Under the pieces are notes generated by a model. It worked only from the letters and a program-made list of their open reading frames with translations, ran no database searches and was not told where the DNA came from. The position numbers and the translations under genes are program-made. A stretch of DNA of 64,000 nucleotides from an uncultured Dehalococcoidia bacterium (GTDB lineage: Bacteria > Chloroflexota > Dehalococcoidia > Lucifugimonadales > UBA6927): the NCBI GenBank assembly GCA_964637555.1, contig CAZWTJ010000001.1, positions 5,450-69,449 of the forward strand. Direction: 5' to 3'. Positions 9,541 through 20,000 of the stretch are shown in pieces. Numbering within the stretch: the stretch's first letter is position 1; each line of letters opens with the position of its first letter.

Positions 9541-9581
9541 GTATCACATATTGGAATTTTCATAAAATTCCATTGTGATAC
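9541..9581. promoter_or_regulatory. Imperfect 41-bp palindrome (candidate operator or 5'-UTR hairpin) directly upstream of the crotonase operon
   Basis: GTATCACA-tat-TGGAATTTT-cat-AAAATTCCA-t-TGTGATAC. The inner 21 bp (9552-9572) form a perfect 9+3+9 inverted repeat. It ends 9 nt before ATG 9591, which lacks a visible SD. Confidence 0.45.
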
Positions 9582-9590
9582 TATTCTGAA

Positions 9591-10352
9591 ATGAATAACC
9601 AGAACCTAATTAAAATTGAAGAAATTGAACATGTCGGGATTGTGTCTTTTATTCAATTGTTTAACAATAATCGGGATATTTCTAATTTGGTGTCGAAATT
9701 TCAAGATGATTTAAATGAACTGGAATTACGTAGTAATATTAGAATAATCATTTTTACTGGTTTCGAAAATATCTTTTCATATCCAAATCCCTTAGTAACC
9801 CTTGATTCTAATATAGACATTTCGAATTTAAGAATGTCTGAATCAATTGCTTCCATAAAGCTCCCATCATTGGCACTTCTAAATGGAAATATTTTTGACC
9901 ATGCACTTGAGTTGGCCCTAGCTACAGATATCCGGATATCTTCAAACATCTCTCAATTCAGAATGGGACAACTATTGTCTGGCAATATCCCTTGGGATGG
10001 TGGAACACAACGATTACCAAAAATTGTTGGGAAGGGCAAAGCTCTTGAGATGACCCTAACATGTAGAGAAATAAATGCAGAAGAAGCTTTATCTACAGGA
10101 CTAGTAAGTAGAATAATGCCTGACTGCAAATTGTATGATCAATCAATCAATCTTGCTAAGCAAATAGCACTTTCTTCACCAATTGCTGTGAAATTTTTAA
10201 AAGAATCAATTATGTCTGGTTTAGAATTACACATCAAAGATGGCTTAAAACTTGAAGCAGATCTGAATTTCCTACTACAAAATTCATTTGATCGTGCCGA
10301 GGGACTTAGAAGCTTCCTATCCTCAGAAACCCCTGAATTTAGGGGTGAATAA
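9591..10352 (+). CDS. Crotonase-fold (enoyl-CoA hydratase/isomerase family) protein with degenerate active-site motifs
   Basis: 253 aa. Crotonase C-terminal pattern is present (DGGTQRLPKIVGKGKALEMTLTCREINAEEALSTGLV). The oxyanion-hole motif is degenerate (FTGFENIFSYPNP instead of G-x-G-x-x-FC-AG-x-DL). The PE catalytic Glu is replaced (FRMGQ). Confidence 0.7.
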   Translation: MNNQNLIKIEEIEHVGIVSFIQLFNNNRDISNLVSKFQDDLNELELRSNIRIIIFTGFENIFSYPNPLVTLDSNIDISNLRMSESIASIKLPSLALLNGNIFDHALELALATDIRISSNISQFRMGQLLSGNIPWDGGTQRLPKIVGKGKALEMTLTCREINAEEALSTGLVSRIMPDCKLYDQSINLAKQIALSSPIAVKFLKESIMSGLELHIKDGLKLEADLNFLLQNSFDRAEGLRSFLSSETPEFRGE

Positions 10353-11092
10353 TGCCCTCCTCAGATTTTCAAACAGTCCTATACACTAAAAACCAAGGCG
10401 TAGCAAAAATCACTTTGAATAGACCAAAAGTGGTTAATGCGTACAATGTACAGATGCGCGACGAACTTTTTCAAATCCTTGAATCGATCAAAGATGATGA
10501 TGAGATTTTGGCTGTAATACTGTCTGGTAATGGAACAAAAGGCTTTTGCTCAGGCGCTGATTTAACTGAATTTCAAAGCAATCCATCATCAATCGTTTCT
10601 CGGGAAGCCAGATGGCAACGTGATATTTGGGGACTTTGGATGAGTATCCCTAAACCCTTTGTAGTGGCTTTACATGGATTTGTTATAGGATCCGGTTTGG
10701 AAATGAGTTACTTATGTGATTTGAGATTAGCTAGTAAAGGAACTACTTTCTCCATGCCGGAAACACGATTGGGAATGATACCTGCTGCCGGAGGTACTCA
10801 GACCATTCCCAGAGAAACGAACCTTAGCTATTCTATGGATTTCTTGATTTCAGGCGAATCGTTTTCAGAAAACGAGGCTCTAAAATTAGGTGTAATTCAT
10901 CAGATCTACGAAAAATCAAATCTGTTACCTGCGGCAGAAAAATTTGCACAATTTTTCGCGTCACTGAACCCAGAAGCGATCCGATTTGTGAAATCAAATA
11001 TGAGAGATAGCTTTGAAAAATCTCCCTCTGAATCTTTAGAATTAGAAAATCTGTCGGTAAGAAAGTTCTTTTTACAAAATCGCAAAGCTTAA
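10352..11092 (+). CDS. Enoyl-CoA hydratase/isomerase family protein (canonical motifs)
   Basis: 246 aa. Motifs LSGNGTKGFCSGADL, GFVIGSGLEMSYLCD and FSMPETRLGMIPAAGGTQ. The start overlaps the upstream stop by 1 nt (TAATG). Confidence 0.85.
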   Translation: MPSSDFQTVLYTKNQGVAKITLNRPKVVNAYNVQMRDELFQILESIKDDDEILAVILSGNGTKGFCSGADLTEFQSNPSSIVSREARWQRDIWGLWMSIPKPFVVALHGFVIGSGLEMSYLCDLRLASKGTTFSMPETRLGMIPAAGGTQTIPRETNLSYSMDFLISGESFSENEALKLGVIHQIYEKSNLLPAAEKFAQFFASLNPEAIRFVKSNMRDSFEKSPSESLELENLSVRKFFLQNRKA

Positions 11093-11124
11093 AAAATTAA
11101 TAAAAAATACAGGAATGAAACTAA

Positions 11125-12678
11125 ATGAATACTTGTGAATTGTTGGAAATCTCAAGCTCAATAGTCCCAGATCGCACCGCTGTAATCTTTGAAAAACAAA
11201 GATTCTCTTACAATGAAATCACCCAACGTTCAAACCTTTTAGCAAATGCACTTTCGGAAATCGGAATACAAAAAGGTGATCGGATTGCCCTAATTGATGT
11301 CAATTCTCATCAACATATTGAAACATATTTTGCATCCACGCAATTAGATGCAATATTTGTACCTATTAATTACCGTTTAAAGGAATCAGAACTATTAAAA
11401 ATCTTGGAAACAGCAAATCCAAAAATTCTTCTCTTCGGGTCTCGATATGCCAAATTAATTCATAGCTGCATAGACAAAGTTCAATCTATCAGGCATTACG
11501 TCTCTTTGGGGGTCACATCAGATCATTTTCTTGATTACGAGACTCTCATTGCTAATAGTAACTCAAAAACCTTTTCCCCTACACATGAACATTCGGATGT
11601 CACAATGATAATGTTTACATCTGGAACTACAGGAAATCCAAAAGGAGTAATGCTTTCCCATGATAGTTTCACTTCCTATACTCTAAATAATGTTTCTCCA
11701 GCCGATCCTGATGTAAATGAAAGGAATTTACTCACAGTTCCTATGTATCATATTGCCGGAGTACAGGCTATGATAGCGGCAATTTATGCAGGTAGAACTT
11801 TAATCATTCAAAAGCAATTTGAACCAAACGGGTGGTTAAAGCTAGTCCAGGATGAATTAGTTGATCGTGCAATGATGGTACCCACTATGCTTAAAACAAT
11901 AATAGAGCATCCAAACTTTGGAAATTATGACCTTAGCAGTCTGGAAGTCATTACTTATGGCGCAGCACCAATGCCCACAAACGTCATTTTAGAGGCTATA
12001 GAAAAATTCCCGCATGTTAAATTCATCAATGCATTTGGTCAAACTGAGTCAGGTGCAACAATTACAGCTTTGATGCCAACCGATCATATCATCAATGGAA
12101 CTGAATCAGAAAAAAACTTGAAAATCCGACGGCTTTCGTCCATAGGAAAACCTCTTGACGACATTGAAATTAGAATAGTTGATGAAGATGGTAATGAAGT
12201 TAATTCAGGGACAATAGGAGAAATCATAGCCCAAGGGTCACGAATTATGAAAGGATATTGGAATCAAGACAAAGAGACATCAAGCACCATAAAAAACAAT
12301 TGGTTGCATACAGGAGATCTGGGATATATTGACAATGACGGTTACATTTTCTTGGTAGGTCGATCAAAAGATGTAATTAAAAGAGGAGGCGAATTGATTT
12401 CTCCCGCTGAAATTGAAGACCTGCTACTTGATCATGCATCAGTGCTTGATTGCGCGGTAATAGGAGTCCCAGATGAACAGTGGGGTGAAAAAATTCTAGC
12501 CATTATTGTCACAGATGATTCAAATACTTTGAGCGAAGAAATTATCATAGAATTTTGCCGGGATAATCTTGCTAGTTATAAAAAACCTGAGTCGGTAATA
12601 TTTATAGAAAAACTCCCCAGAAATCCACTAGGCAAAATCAACAAACAATATCTAAGAGAGTCATATGGAAATCGTTAG
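11125..12678 (+). CDS. AMP-dependent acyl-CoA synthetase/ligase
   Basis: 517 aa. AMP-binding motifs (MFTSGTTGNPKGVMLSH; YGQTE-like FGQTESG; GDLGYIDNDGYIFLVGRSKDVIKRGGE; C-terminal KINK). Confidence 0.88.
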   Translation: MNTCELLEISSSIVPDRTAVIFEKQRFSYNEITQRSNLLANALSEIGIQKGDRIALIDVNSHQHIETYFASTQLDAIFVPINYRLKESELLKILETANPKILLFGSRYAKLIHSCIDKVQSIRHYVSLGVTSDHFLDYETLIANSNSKTFSPTHEHSDVTMIMFTSGTTGNPKGVMLSHDSFTSYTLNNVSPADPDVNERNLLTVPMYHIAGVQAMIAAIYAGRTLIIQKQFEPNGWLKLVQDELVDRAMMVPTMLKTIIEHPNFGNYDLSSLEVITYGAAPMPTNVILEAIEKFPHVKFINAFGQTESGATITALMPTDHIINGTESEKNLKIRRLSSIGKPLDDIEIRIVDEDGNEVNSGTIGEIIAQGSRIMKGYWNQDKETSSTIKNNWLHTGDLGYIDNDGYIFLVGRSKDVIKRGGELISPAEIEDLLLDHASVLDCAVIGVPDEQWGEKILAIIVTDDSNTLSEEIIIEFCRDNLASYKKPESVIFIEKLPRNPLGKINKQYLRESYGNR

Positions 12679-13937
12679 GGTTCGATTTTCTTGAATCCTG
12701 TATAAGGCCATAAAACTTCCGGAATACTTACCGAGCCATCCTCATTCTGGAAGTTTTCCAAAATAGCAATAATAACTCGAGGTAATGCCATGCCGGAACC
12801 ATTGAGGGTATGAACAAATTTTGCTTTGCCATCAGATTCGTGCCGATACCTGATAGATGCACGCCGAGCTTGAAAATCGACACAATTTGAACAAGTACTG
12901 ACTTCCAGCCACTCCTGGCTTCCAGCAGCCCAAACTTCTATATCAAAACTTTTTGAAGACTGAAAACCCAAATCTCCGGTACACAATTGAATTGTTCGGA
13001 ATGGCAAATTCAACAGATCACACAACTTTTTTACCTGATCTAACAGATCTTGTAGCGCATCGGATGATGCTTCAGGTTCTACAAATTTATACAATTCAAC
13101 TTTTTCAAACTGATGAACTCTCTTCATTCCTCTAGTATCTCTACCTGCGGCCGCCCGTTCGCGCCTGAAAGAGGGCGTGTGAGCAACATAAGAAATCGGC
13201 AAAGAGCCGACTGGCAAAATTTCGTTCCTATGCATATTGGTTATTGCCATTTCAGCAGTCGGAACCAGCCACATATCATCTTCCAAGTCATGGTACATCG
13301 TGTCAGCAAATTTTGGGAGATTGCCATTTGCAAGAGCTGAATCATTGGTTAACAAATAAGGAACATACAATTCCTTAAAAAAATTTTCTCCGGTATGAAA
13401 ATCCAAAAACCAATTGATCAATGCTCTCTGCAATCTTGCACCTTTCCCGGTTAAAACAAAAAACCTAGAACCTGCAATTTTAGCGCCTCTCTCAAAATCT
13501 ATAATCCTAAGCCTTTCAGCAAGATCCCAATGTGGAAGGGGGTTAAAATCGAAATTAGGAATGACTCCTTTAGTTTCGATTACCACATTACTTTCCTCAG
13601 TTTTTCCATAGGGGACATCTTCTGCAGGGAGATTGGGAATTTGCAGAAGCATTGTTCTGATCTCTTGATCTAATGTTGTTCGCTCAGTGTCTAAGTCGCT
13701 AATTTTCTTTCCAACGGATCTCATTTGATCAATCAATTGAACTGGTTTATCTCCAGATTTTCCAATCTCTTTACTCACTTCATTTCGAGTCGCACGTAAA
13801 GATTCAACTTCAACTATCAAGCGGCGCAACCGTTGATCCTTTTCCAAAATGCTCCGAATATCTAGCTCTTCTCCTCTGGAATTTAAAGCTTGCATAACTG
13901 AGTCAGGGTCTTTGCGAATTTTTTCGATATCAATCAC
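12675..13937 (-). CDS. serS: Serine--tRNA ligase
   Basis: 420 aa. N-terminal coiled-coil arm and class-II motifs (FRRERAAAGRDTRGMKRVHQF; GSGMALPRVIIAILEN). Confidence 0.96.
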   Translation of the reverse strand: MIDIEKIRKDPDSVMQALNSRGEELDIRSILEKDQRLRRLIVEVESLRATRNEVSKEIGKSGDKPVQLIDQMRSVGKKISDLDTERTTLDQEIRTMLLQIPNLPAEDVPYGKTEESNVVIETKGVIPNFDFNPLPHWDLAERLRIIDFERGAKIAGSRFFVLTGKGARLQRALINWFLDFHTGENFFKELYVPYLLTNDSALANGNLPKFADTMYHDLEDDMWLVPTAEMAITNMHRNEILPVGSLPISYVAHTPSFRRERAAAGRDTRGMKRVHQFEKVELYKFVEPEASSDALQDLLDQVKKLCDLLNLPFRTIQLCTGDLGFQSSKSFDIEVWAAGSQEWLEVSTCSNCVDFQARRASIRYRHESDGKAKFVHTLNGSGMALPRVIIAILENFQNEDGSVSIPEVLWPYTGFKKIEP

Positions 13938-13969
13938 AGAATCACCTTTTAAGAAAACTAAATGATTTA

Positions 13970-14887
13970 CTATACAATGCTTTCAACCATGAGTAGTACA
14001 TAAACTAATGCCAAGTATAACAACGAATATAAATATAGAGTTTTTGCTCCATCAATATCCACTTTACGAAGCAATCTCCAAGCGAAAAAAATAAACCCTC
14101 CACTAAGTCCTAAACTGCCTATCAAATAAATCCATCCAAGCAACTCCGGCATAAATAAATAAGAGAATATCCAAAAAGCTGTAGTGAGAAAAAACATCAC
14201 AATTGTATAGAAAAATATTGATCGTTTAGTCTTTGTCACTCCTTCTACAACAGGCAACATGGGAATATTTACTTTTTCATAATCATCTTTAATCAACAAT
14301 GCAAGTGCCCAAAAATGCGGTGGCGTCCAAAAGAAAACTATGGCAAACAAAAATAGCGCGGGCCAAGTTAATTCTCCAGTCACCGCGACCCATCCAACTA
14401 CAGGAGGAATTGATCCAGCAGCTCCACCGATAACAATATTTTGTGTACTAGATCGTTTTAGAAAAATCGTGTAGACAAACACATAAAATAATGTTGCAGA
14501 TAACGTTAACAATGCAGCAAGGATATTTACACCAAGCACTAACCATGCAAAAGCAACTAAATTAAGGAATACTCCAAATATCCATGCATGAGAGGGTTTT
14601 ATTCTCCCAGAAATAATAGGCCTCTTCTGAGTACGAATCATTTGCGCATCTATATCTCGATCTAAGTATTGATTGATGGCATTTGCTCCAGCCGACGCAA
14701 ATGTCCCACCTAAAAGAACGTGAATAACAATTAAAATATTTGGGAATCCATTCTGTCCCAAAAACATTCCACCCAAAGCTGTTAAAAGGAGTAGTAAAAT
14801 TATCTTTGGTTTAGACAGAGCAATATATTGCCTCAAAATCCCGTCTGACCCAAAAAGTAAATGAAATCTTTCCATAAAATTTCCCAT
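13970..14887 (-). CDS. ctaB: Protoheme IX farnesyltransferase (heme O synthase)
   Basis: 305 aa polytopic membrane protein with the UbiA-family motif NQYLDRDIDAQMIRTQKRP. Lies 32 nt upstream of serS on the same strand. Confidence 0.88.
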   Translation of the reverse strand: MGNFMERFHLLFGSDGILRQYIALSKPKIILLLLLTALGGMFLGQNGFPNILIVIHVLLGGTFASAGANAINQYLDRDIDAQMIRTQKRPIISGRIKPSHAWIFGVFLNLVAFAWLVLGVNILAALLTLSATLFYVFVYTIFLKRSSTQNIVIGGAAGSIPPVVGWVAVTGELTWPALFLFAIVFFWTPPHFWALALLIKDDYEKVNIPMLPVVEGVTKTKRSIFFYTIVMFFLTTAFWIFSYLFMPELLGWIYLIGSLGLSGGFIFFAWRLLRKVDIDGAKTLYLYSLLYLALVYVLLMVESIV

Positions 14888-14966
14888 TATATATAGTTGA
14901 GAGGTTTAAACAAAACACAAATCCAAAAGTATAAATGTTTAATTCCAGTGTAATTGAAAATCGTTT

Positions 14967-15665
14967 TTATTCACATCTTTTTTCAATGAATCCAATCTCA
15001 GGATATCCTCTGGAACTAGGAGGAGGAAAATCCGCATCGGAATACCACAAAACACCATTTGAAATACTTAGACCATGAGGATCAGGCCCATTCGGAGGCA
15101 AAACAATCTCTTCCATGACAACTCCTGAATTTTTGTGAAATTTCACAACTTTCTTCGCTCCCCTATCAGAACACCAAATACCTTCGCCATCCTTAGCAAG
15201 ACCATGTAGAACATCTAATTTGCAGGGAATTTGGTGTAATATGTCATGATTTGATCCATCAATTAGGATTAGTGTTTTCAGTGAGGTCGCCGTAATCCAT
15301 AAATTTCCTTCATCCCATTCAATCCCATGAATTCCAGAACCTTCAGGTACTGGAATAGCATCTAAAGATTCACCAGTATTTAAATCAATTTTAATTACTT
15401 TGGGAGAGTGATCATCATGATCCCTAAAAGGTCTAGCTCTAGTTTGCCCATTTGAAGCTGTCCAAAGATACCCACCGCCAATAGTGATTCCAGAACCATT
15501 TTCAGTTTTTGTATTTATTACTCTCGAAATTTTCCCTTTGTGATTAAATACAAAAACATCATCAGTGAATTGGTCCATTACAAATAGTTCATCCTTGTGC
15601 CACTGCAATCCATTAGGCATTCTCACAATTGTTTGAAAGGGAACTTTTAAGTCAATTTTCTCCAT
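14967..15665 (-). CDS. Beta-propeller protein (glutamine-cyclotransferase-like or NHL-like), function unknown
   Basis: Repeated blade-like segments (GLQWHKDELFVMD; GITIGGGYLWTAS; GIHGIEWDEGNLWITA; LHGLAKDGEGIWCSD; HGLSISNGVLWYSD). The track start is 15686. I prefer ATG 15665 (MEKIDLK...) because a GAGGTGA SD lies 9 nt upstream. Confidence 0.45.
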   Translation of the reverse strand: MEKIDLKVPFQTIVRMPNGLQWHKDELFVMDQFTDDVFVFNHKGKISRVINTKTENGSGITIGGGYLWTASNGQTRARPFRDHDDHSPKVIKIDLNTGESLDAIPVPEGSGIHGIEWDEGNLWITATSLKTLILIDGSNHDILHQIPCKLDVLHGLAKDGEGIWCSDRGAKKVVKFHKNSGVVMEEIVLPPNGPDPHGLSISNGVLWYSDADFPPPSSRGYPEIGFIEKRCE

Positions 15666-15779
15666 AGGGGGTTTCACCTCAACCATCTAGATCTAAATCA
15701 CAAAATATCTAATAAGCAAAATTCTAAAAACTATTTTGGTTTATTTCATAATATACTTGGGTAATAATATCGCATAAAA

Positions 15780-16949
15780 ATGGAATTTGTGCTGGTGATC
15801 TTGATGAAAAATTTGACAAATAACTCTTATGATGAAATTTCTATATTGAAACATCTGATGGAAATACCATCGACCTCCTTCTATGAGGCATCAGTTTCAA
15901 ATTATATCCAAAGTTTCTTAGACTCTTTAGGATTGAAATTTCAATGTGACCAATTTGGAAATATCATTTGTAGATATACTAATGGAAACATCAAAAACAC
16001 TTCTCCAATTGCCCTGATAGCACATATGGATCATCCAGGCATTGAACTTATAGAACGATTAAATGGACACCCTGATAGATTTCTAGGCACTGCCTTAGGA
16101 GGTGTTCCTTTTGCGATCTTTAATCAACAATTTCCTGTACTAATCATCAACAATCGCGGAGAGAGAATTCCAGCAATATCAAGCCCTTTAAAAGACTCCC
16201 AAACTTCTAGAAATGACGGAAAATCCGATCTACTAATTCAAACCGAAGGATCGAGTAATTTTACGCCACCCGTACAGGTAATTTTTGATGTTCCCGAATT
16301 TCATTCCACCGATGAAATTATTCTTGGGCGTGCACTAGACGATTTGGCAGGTTGTAGTGCAATTTTATCAACAATGAAGCATTTAGTATCTAATCAAAAA
16401 AATGCTAATGTTTTCGCAGTCTTTACCCGAGCAGAAGAAATAGGTTTGATTGGGGCAAGGCTCCTAGCAAAAAACAAAACAATACCTATAGATTCCGTGA
16501 TCATCTCTATAGAAGCAAGCCCTATAATACCAGGAGTATCTCAAGGTGATGGACCAATTATTCGCACAGGAGATGCGTTAACCACTTTTGATTCAGCCGC
16601 TGAAATAATACTTTACGAAGCAGCGAAAAACTTACAGAAAGAAGATAAATCCTTTGTCTTTCAAAGACATCTAATGAGCGGAGGAGGATGTGAGGCAACA
16701 GCATTCGCTCAAGAAGGCTATAAAGTCACAGGTATTGCATTACCCCTAGCAAACTGGCACAACGCAACATCCGACCTAAGAGATTCAAAAGGTGATATTG
16801 GAGCTGAGCAAATCTCAAAATTTGACTACCTAAATGCAATTAAACTAATCAAACGGGCTTCGACAATTCAAAATCATGAGAAAATAGAAATCAATTCAAA
16901 ACTCCCAGATGTATCCCCTCAAATAATTAAACGATTGGCAAATCAGTAG
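15780..16949 (+). CDS. M42-family (or related M20/M42) metallo-aminopeptidase
   Basis: 389 aa. Metal-ligand motifs (IAHMDHPG; ALDDLAGC; FTRAEEIGLIGA). An alternative start is ATG 15804 (MKNLTNN...), with GGTGA 5 nt upstream. Confidence 0.75.
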   Translation: MEFVLVILMKNLTNNSYDEISILKHLMEIPSTSFYEASVSNYIQSFLDSLGLKFQCDQFGNIICRYTNGNIKNTSPIALIAHMDHPGIELIERLNGHPDRFLGTALGGVPFAIFNQQFPVLIINNRGERIPAISSPLKDSQTSRNDGKSDLLIQTEGSSNFTPPVQVIFDVPEFHSTDEIILGRALDDLAGCSAILSTMKHLVSNQKNANVFAVFTRAEEIGLIGARLLAKNKTIPIDSVIISIEASPIIPGVSQGDGPIIRTGDALTTFDSAAEIILYEAAKNLQKEDKSFVFQRHLMSGGGCEATAFAQEGYKVTGIALPLANWHNATSDLRDSKGDIGAEQISKFDYLNAIKLIKRASTIQNHEKIEINSKLPDVSPQIIKRLANQ

Positions 16950-17064
16950 ATACAAACTCTAGAATTTAGATATCCAATTCTAATATAATTGATTTACTTA
17001 AATAGTCTTACATTTCCCAAATACAGAAACTTTCCCTCATTTTACTGAGAATAGGAATTCATCT

Positions 17065-20000
17065 ATGTTCAAACCTGTAACTCCAAAGATAGATTTCTTA
17101 AATATGGAACAAGAAATCTTTGAATGGTGGAATCAAAACCAAATAATGCAAAAGTACCTTAATAGGAATACAGGAGCAGCTAAAACTTTTTCATTCATTG
17201 ATGGTCCTATCACTGCTAATAACCCAATGGGTGCACATCATGCTTGGGGACGTAGTTACAAAGATTTGTTCCAAAGATTCAAAGCTATGCAGGGCTTCGA
17301 TCAACGGTTTCAAAATGGATTTGATGGCCAAGGATTATGGATAGAAGTTGAAGTAGAAAAAGAACTTGGATTAGGTTCTAAAAGAGAAATCGAAGCATTT
17401 GGGATAGACAAATTTGTAAATCTTTGTAAGGAACGAGTCCGAAAGTTCTCAGAAATTATTACCAATCAATCAATTCGATTGGGATATTGGATGCATTGGG
17501 ATAATTCATATCACACAATGTCTGATGAAAATAATTATACCATTTGGAGATTTCTTAAAGAATGTCACAAGCGTGGTTGGATTTACGAAGGTAATGATGT
17601 GATGCCTTGGTGTCCAAGGTGCGGCACTGGATTGTCACAACATGAGATCGTCACTGAAGGTTATAAAGAGATTCAACACCCGGGGCTATATATTAAATTC
17701 CCACTTATCGGACAAACTTCGGAATTTCTTCTAGTGTGGACAACAACTCCCTGGACCCTTCCTTCAAATGTTGCTGCAGCAGTAAATCCGAATAAAATCT
17801 ACGCAAAGGTCTCCCAAAACGATCAAATATTTTATGTGGCCAAGGACCTGATCGAATCAACAGTTGCTAAAGAAGGAAAATTCGAAATCCTTGATGAAAT
17901 CTTTGGGAAATCATTAGTTGGGAAATCATATCGGGCACCGTTTGAAGAATTAAATGTTCAAAATGGAATTAAACATCAAATCATCGAATGGGATGAAGTG
18001 AGTGAAACAGAAGGAACTGGTATTGTTCATATCGCTCCAGGAGCTGGTAAAGATGACCTTGCGCTAGCAAGAAAACTTGGACTCCCAATAATCCCATCTA
18101 TAGACGAATCAGGAAATTTTCTTGAAGGATTTGGTGATTTCACCGCTCAAAATGTCTACGATGTAAATAGGTCAATTTACCAAAGTTTAAGAGAAAAAAA
18201 TATCTTTTACCGATTGGATAGTTATTTACATCGATATCCTGTTTGTTGGCGCTGTGACTCAGAACTAGTGTTTCGAATTGTGGACGAATGGTTCATCTCA
18301 ATGGATGAGCTAAGACATATGATTGCTAAAATTACCAAAAAGATCAACTGGGTTCCATCTTTTGGAATGGACCGCGAGCTTGATTGGCTACGTAACATGG
18401 ATGATTGGATGATTTCGAAAAAAAGGTATTATGGCTTGGCTTTGCCAATATATAAATGTTCATGCGGTCATACTGAAATCATTGGAAGTAAAGATGAACT
18501 ACATGAAAAAGCGATAATCGGATGGGACACCTTCTCCAAACATAGCCCTCACAGGCCTTGGATCGATAATGTCAAAATTGAATGTAAAGAATGTGGCAAC
18601 CCAATCTCCCGAATTAAGGACGTAGGGAATGCGTGGTTGGACGCGGGAATTGTCCCTTTTTCCACACTAAATTACACTGACAATCCTGATTATTGGAGAA
18701 AATGGTTTCCCGCGGATTGGATTTCAGAAAGCTTCCCTGGTCAATTTCGAAATTGGTTTTATTCATTGTTAACCATGAGTACAGTTCTCGAAAATACCGA
18801 GCCCTTTAAATCCGTATTTAGTTACGCTCTGATGCGGGATGAAAAGGGTGAAGAAATGCATAAAAGTAAAGGTAATGCAATTTGGTTCGAAGATGCGGCT
18901 GACAAGATGGGTGTTGATTGTATGCGATGGTTATATATGAAACACAATCCAGCTGCAAATTTAAACTTTGGATATCACAATGCTGATGAGGTTCGTCGAC
19001 AATTTATAATCCCACTTTGGAATGTTTATTCGTTTTTTATCACTTACGCTAACATTGATGCATACGACCCTACCCAATCAGCACCTGAAGTTGGCAACCG
19101 CCCTCAGCTTGACCAATGGATACTCTCTGAATTACATAGTCTGATAGACCACGTAACGAATTCACTAGAAAAATTTGAACCCGATGTCGCAGCTCGGGCG
19201 ACTGAGTCATTTGTAGAAATCCTTTCAAATTGGTATGTAAGGAGAGGGAGAAGACGTTTTTGGAAAGCCGGAAGAGTTGAAGGCAACATTATAGACCAAG
19301 ATAAACTTTCAGCCTATTCCACATTATATGAATGCCTATTTACCATATCCAAACTTTTGGCTCCATTTATGCCATTTCTTAGCGAATGTATGTACCAAAA
19401 CCTTTCTGCCCCGTTAAGGACATCCCCAAAAAGCGTCCACCTAGATGATTATCCAATTCCTAACACAACTTTGATTGATGAGAGATTATCTAAAGCTATC
19501 AGGCTAGCAATGAAATTATCATCATTAGGAAGAGCAGCTAGAAACAATGCAAATATTAAGGTCAGGCAACCTCTAGATGCAGTTCAAATTAAACTTCGGG
19601 AGTCGGTCGAATCGGAATTATTGCCAGAAATAAGTGAACAATTAAAAGATGAATTAAACGTTAAAAATATCCGAATCATTGAAAACCCTACTGAAGTAAT
19701 GAATATTTCAGTAAAGCCAAACATGGCTTTACTAGGCCCTAGACTAGGACAAGAAGTAAGAAATTTATTGGAAGAATTAAACAATACGAACCCATTAGAA
19801 ATATATGCAAAAATTCAAAATCAAGAAAAAATTCAAATCGCAGGACATGAAATCACACCTGATGAACTAGAAATCCTGGGGGAAGGAAAGGATGGATTTT
19901 CTGCAGCAGAAGAAAACAATTACGTCGTCGCAATTACGACAAAATTGTCTAGTACGCTCGTAAAGGAAGGAATCGCTCGCGAAGTCGTTCATAGAATCCA

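Noticed and set aside
16950-17064. T-box, L-box, Moco or FMN leaders upstream of ileS, pheS, tyrS, lysS, serS, lysC, moeA and ribF.
   Set aside because: The upstream gaps (about 14-115 nt) are too short for these elements, which need 150-300 nt. No specifier-loop, T-box or conserved riboswitch core sequences were seen.
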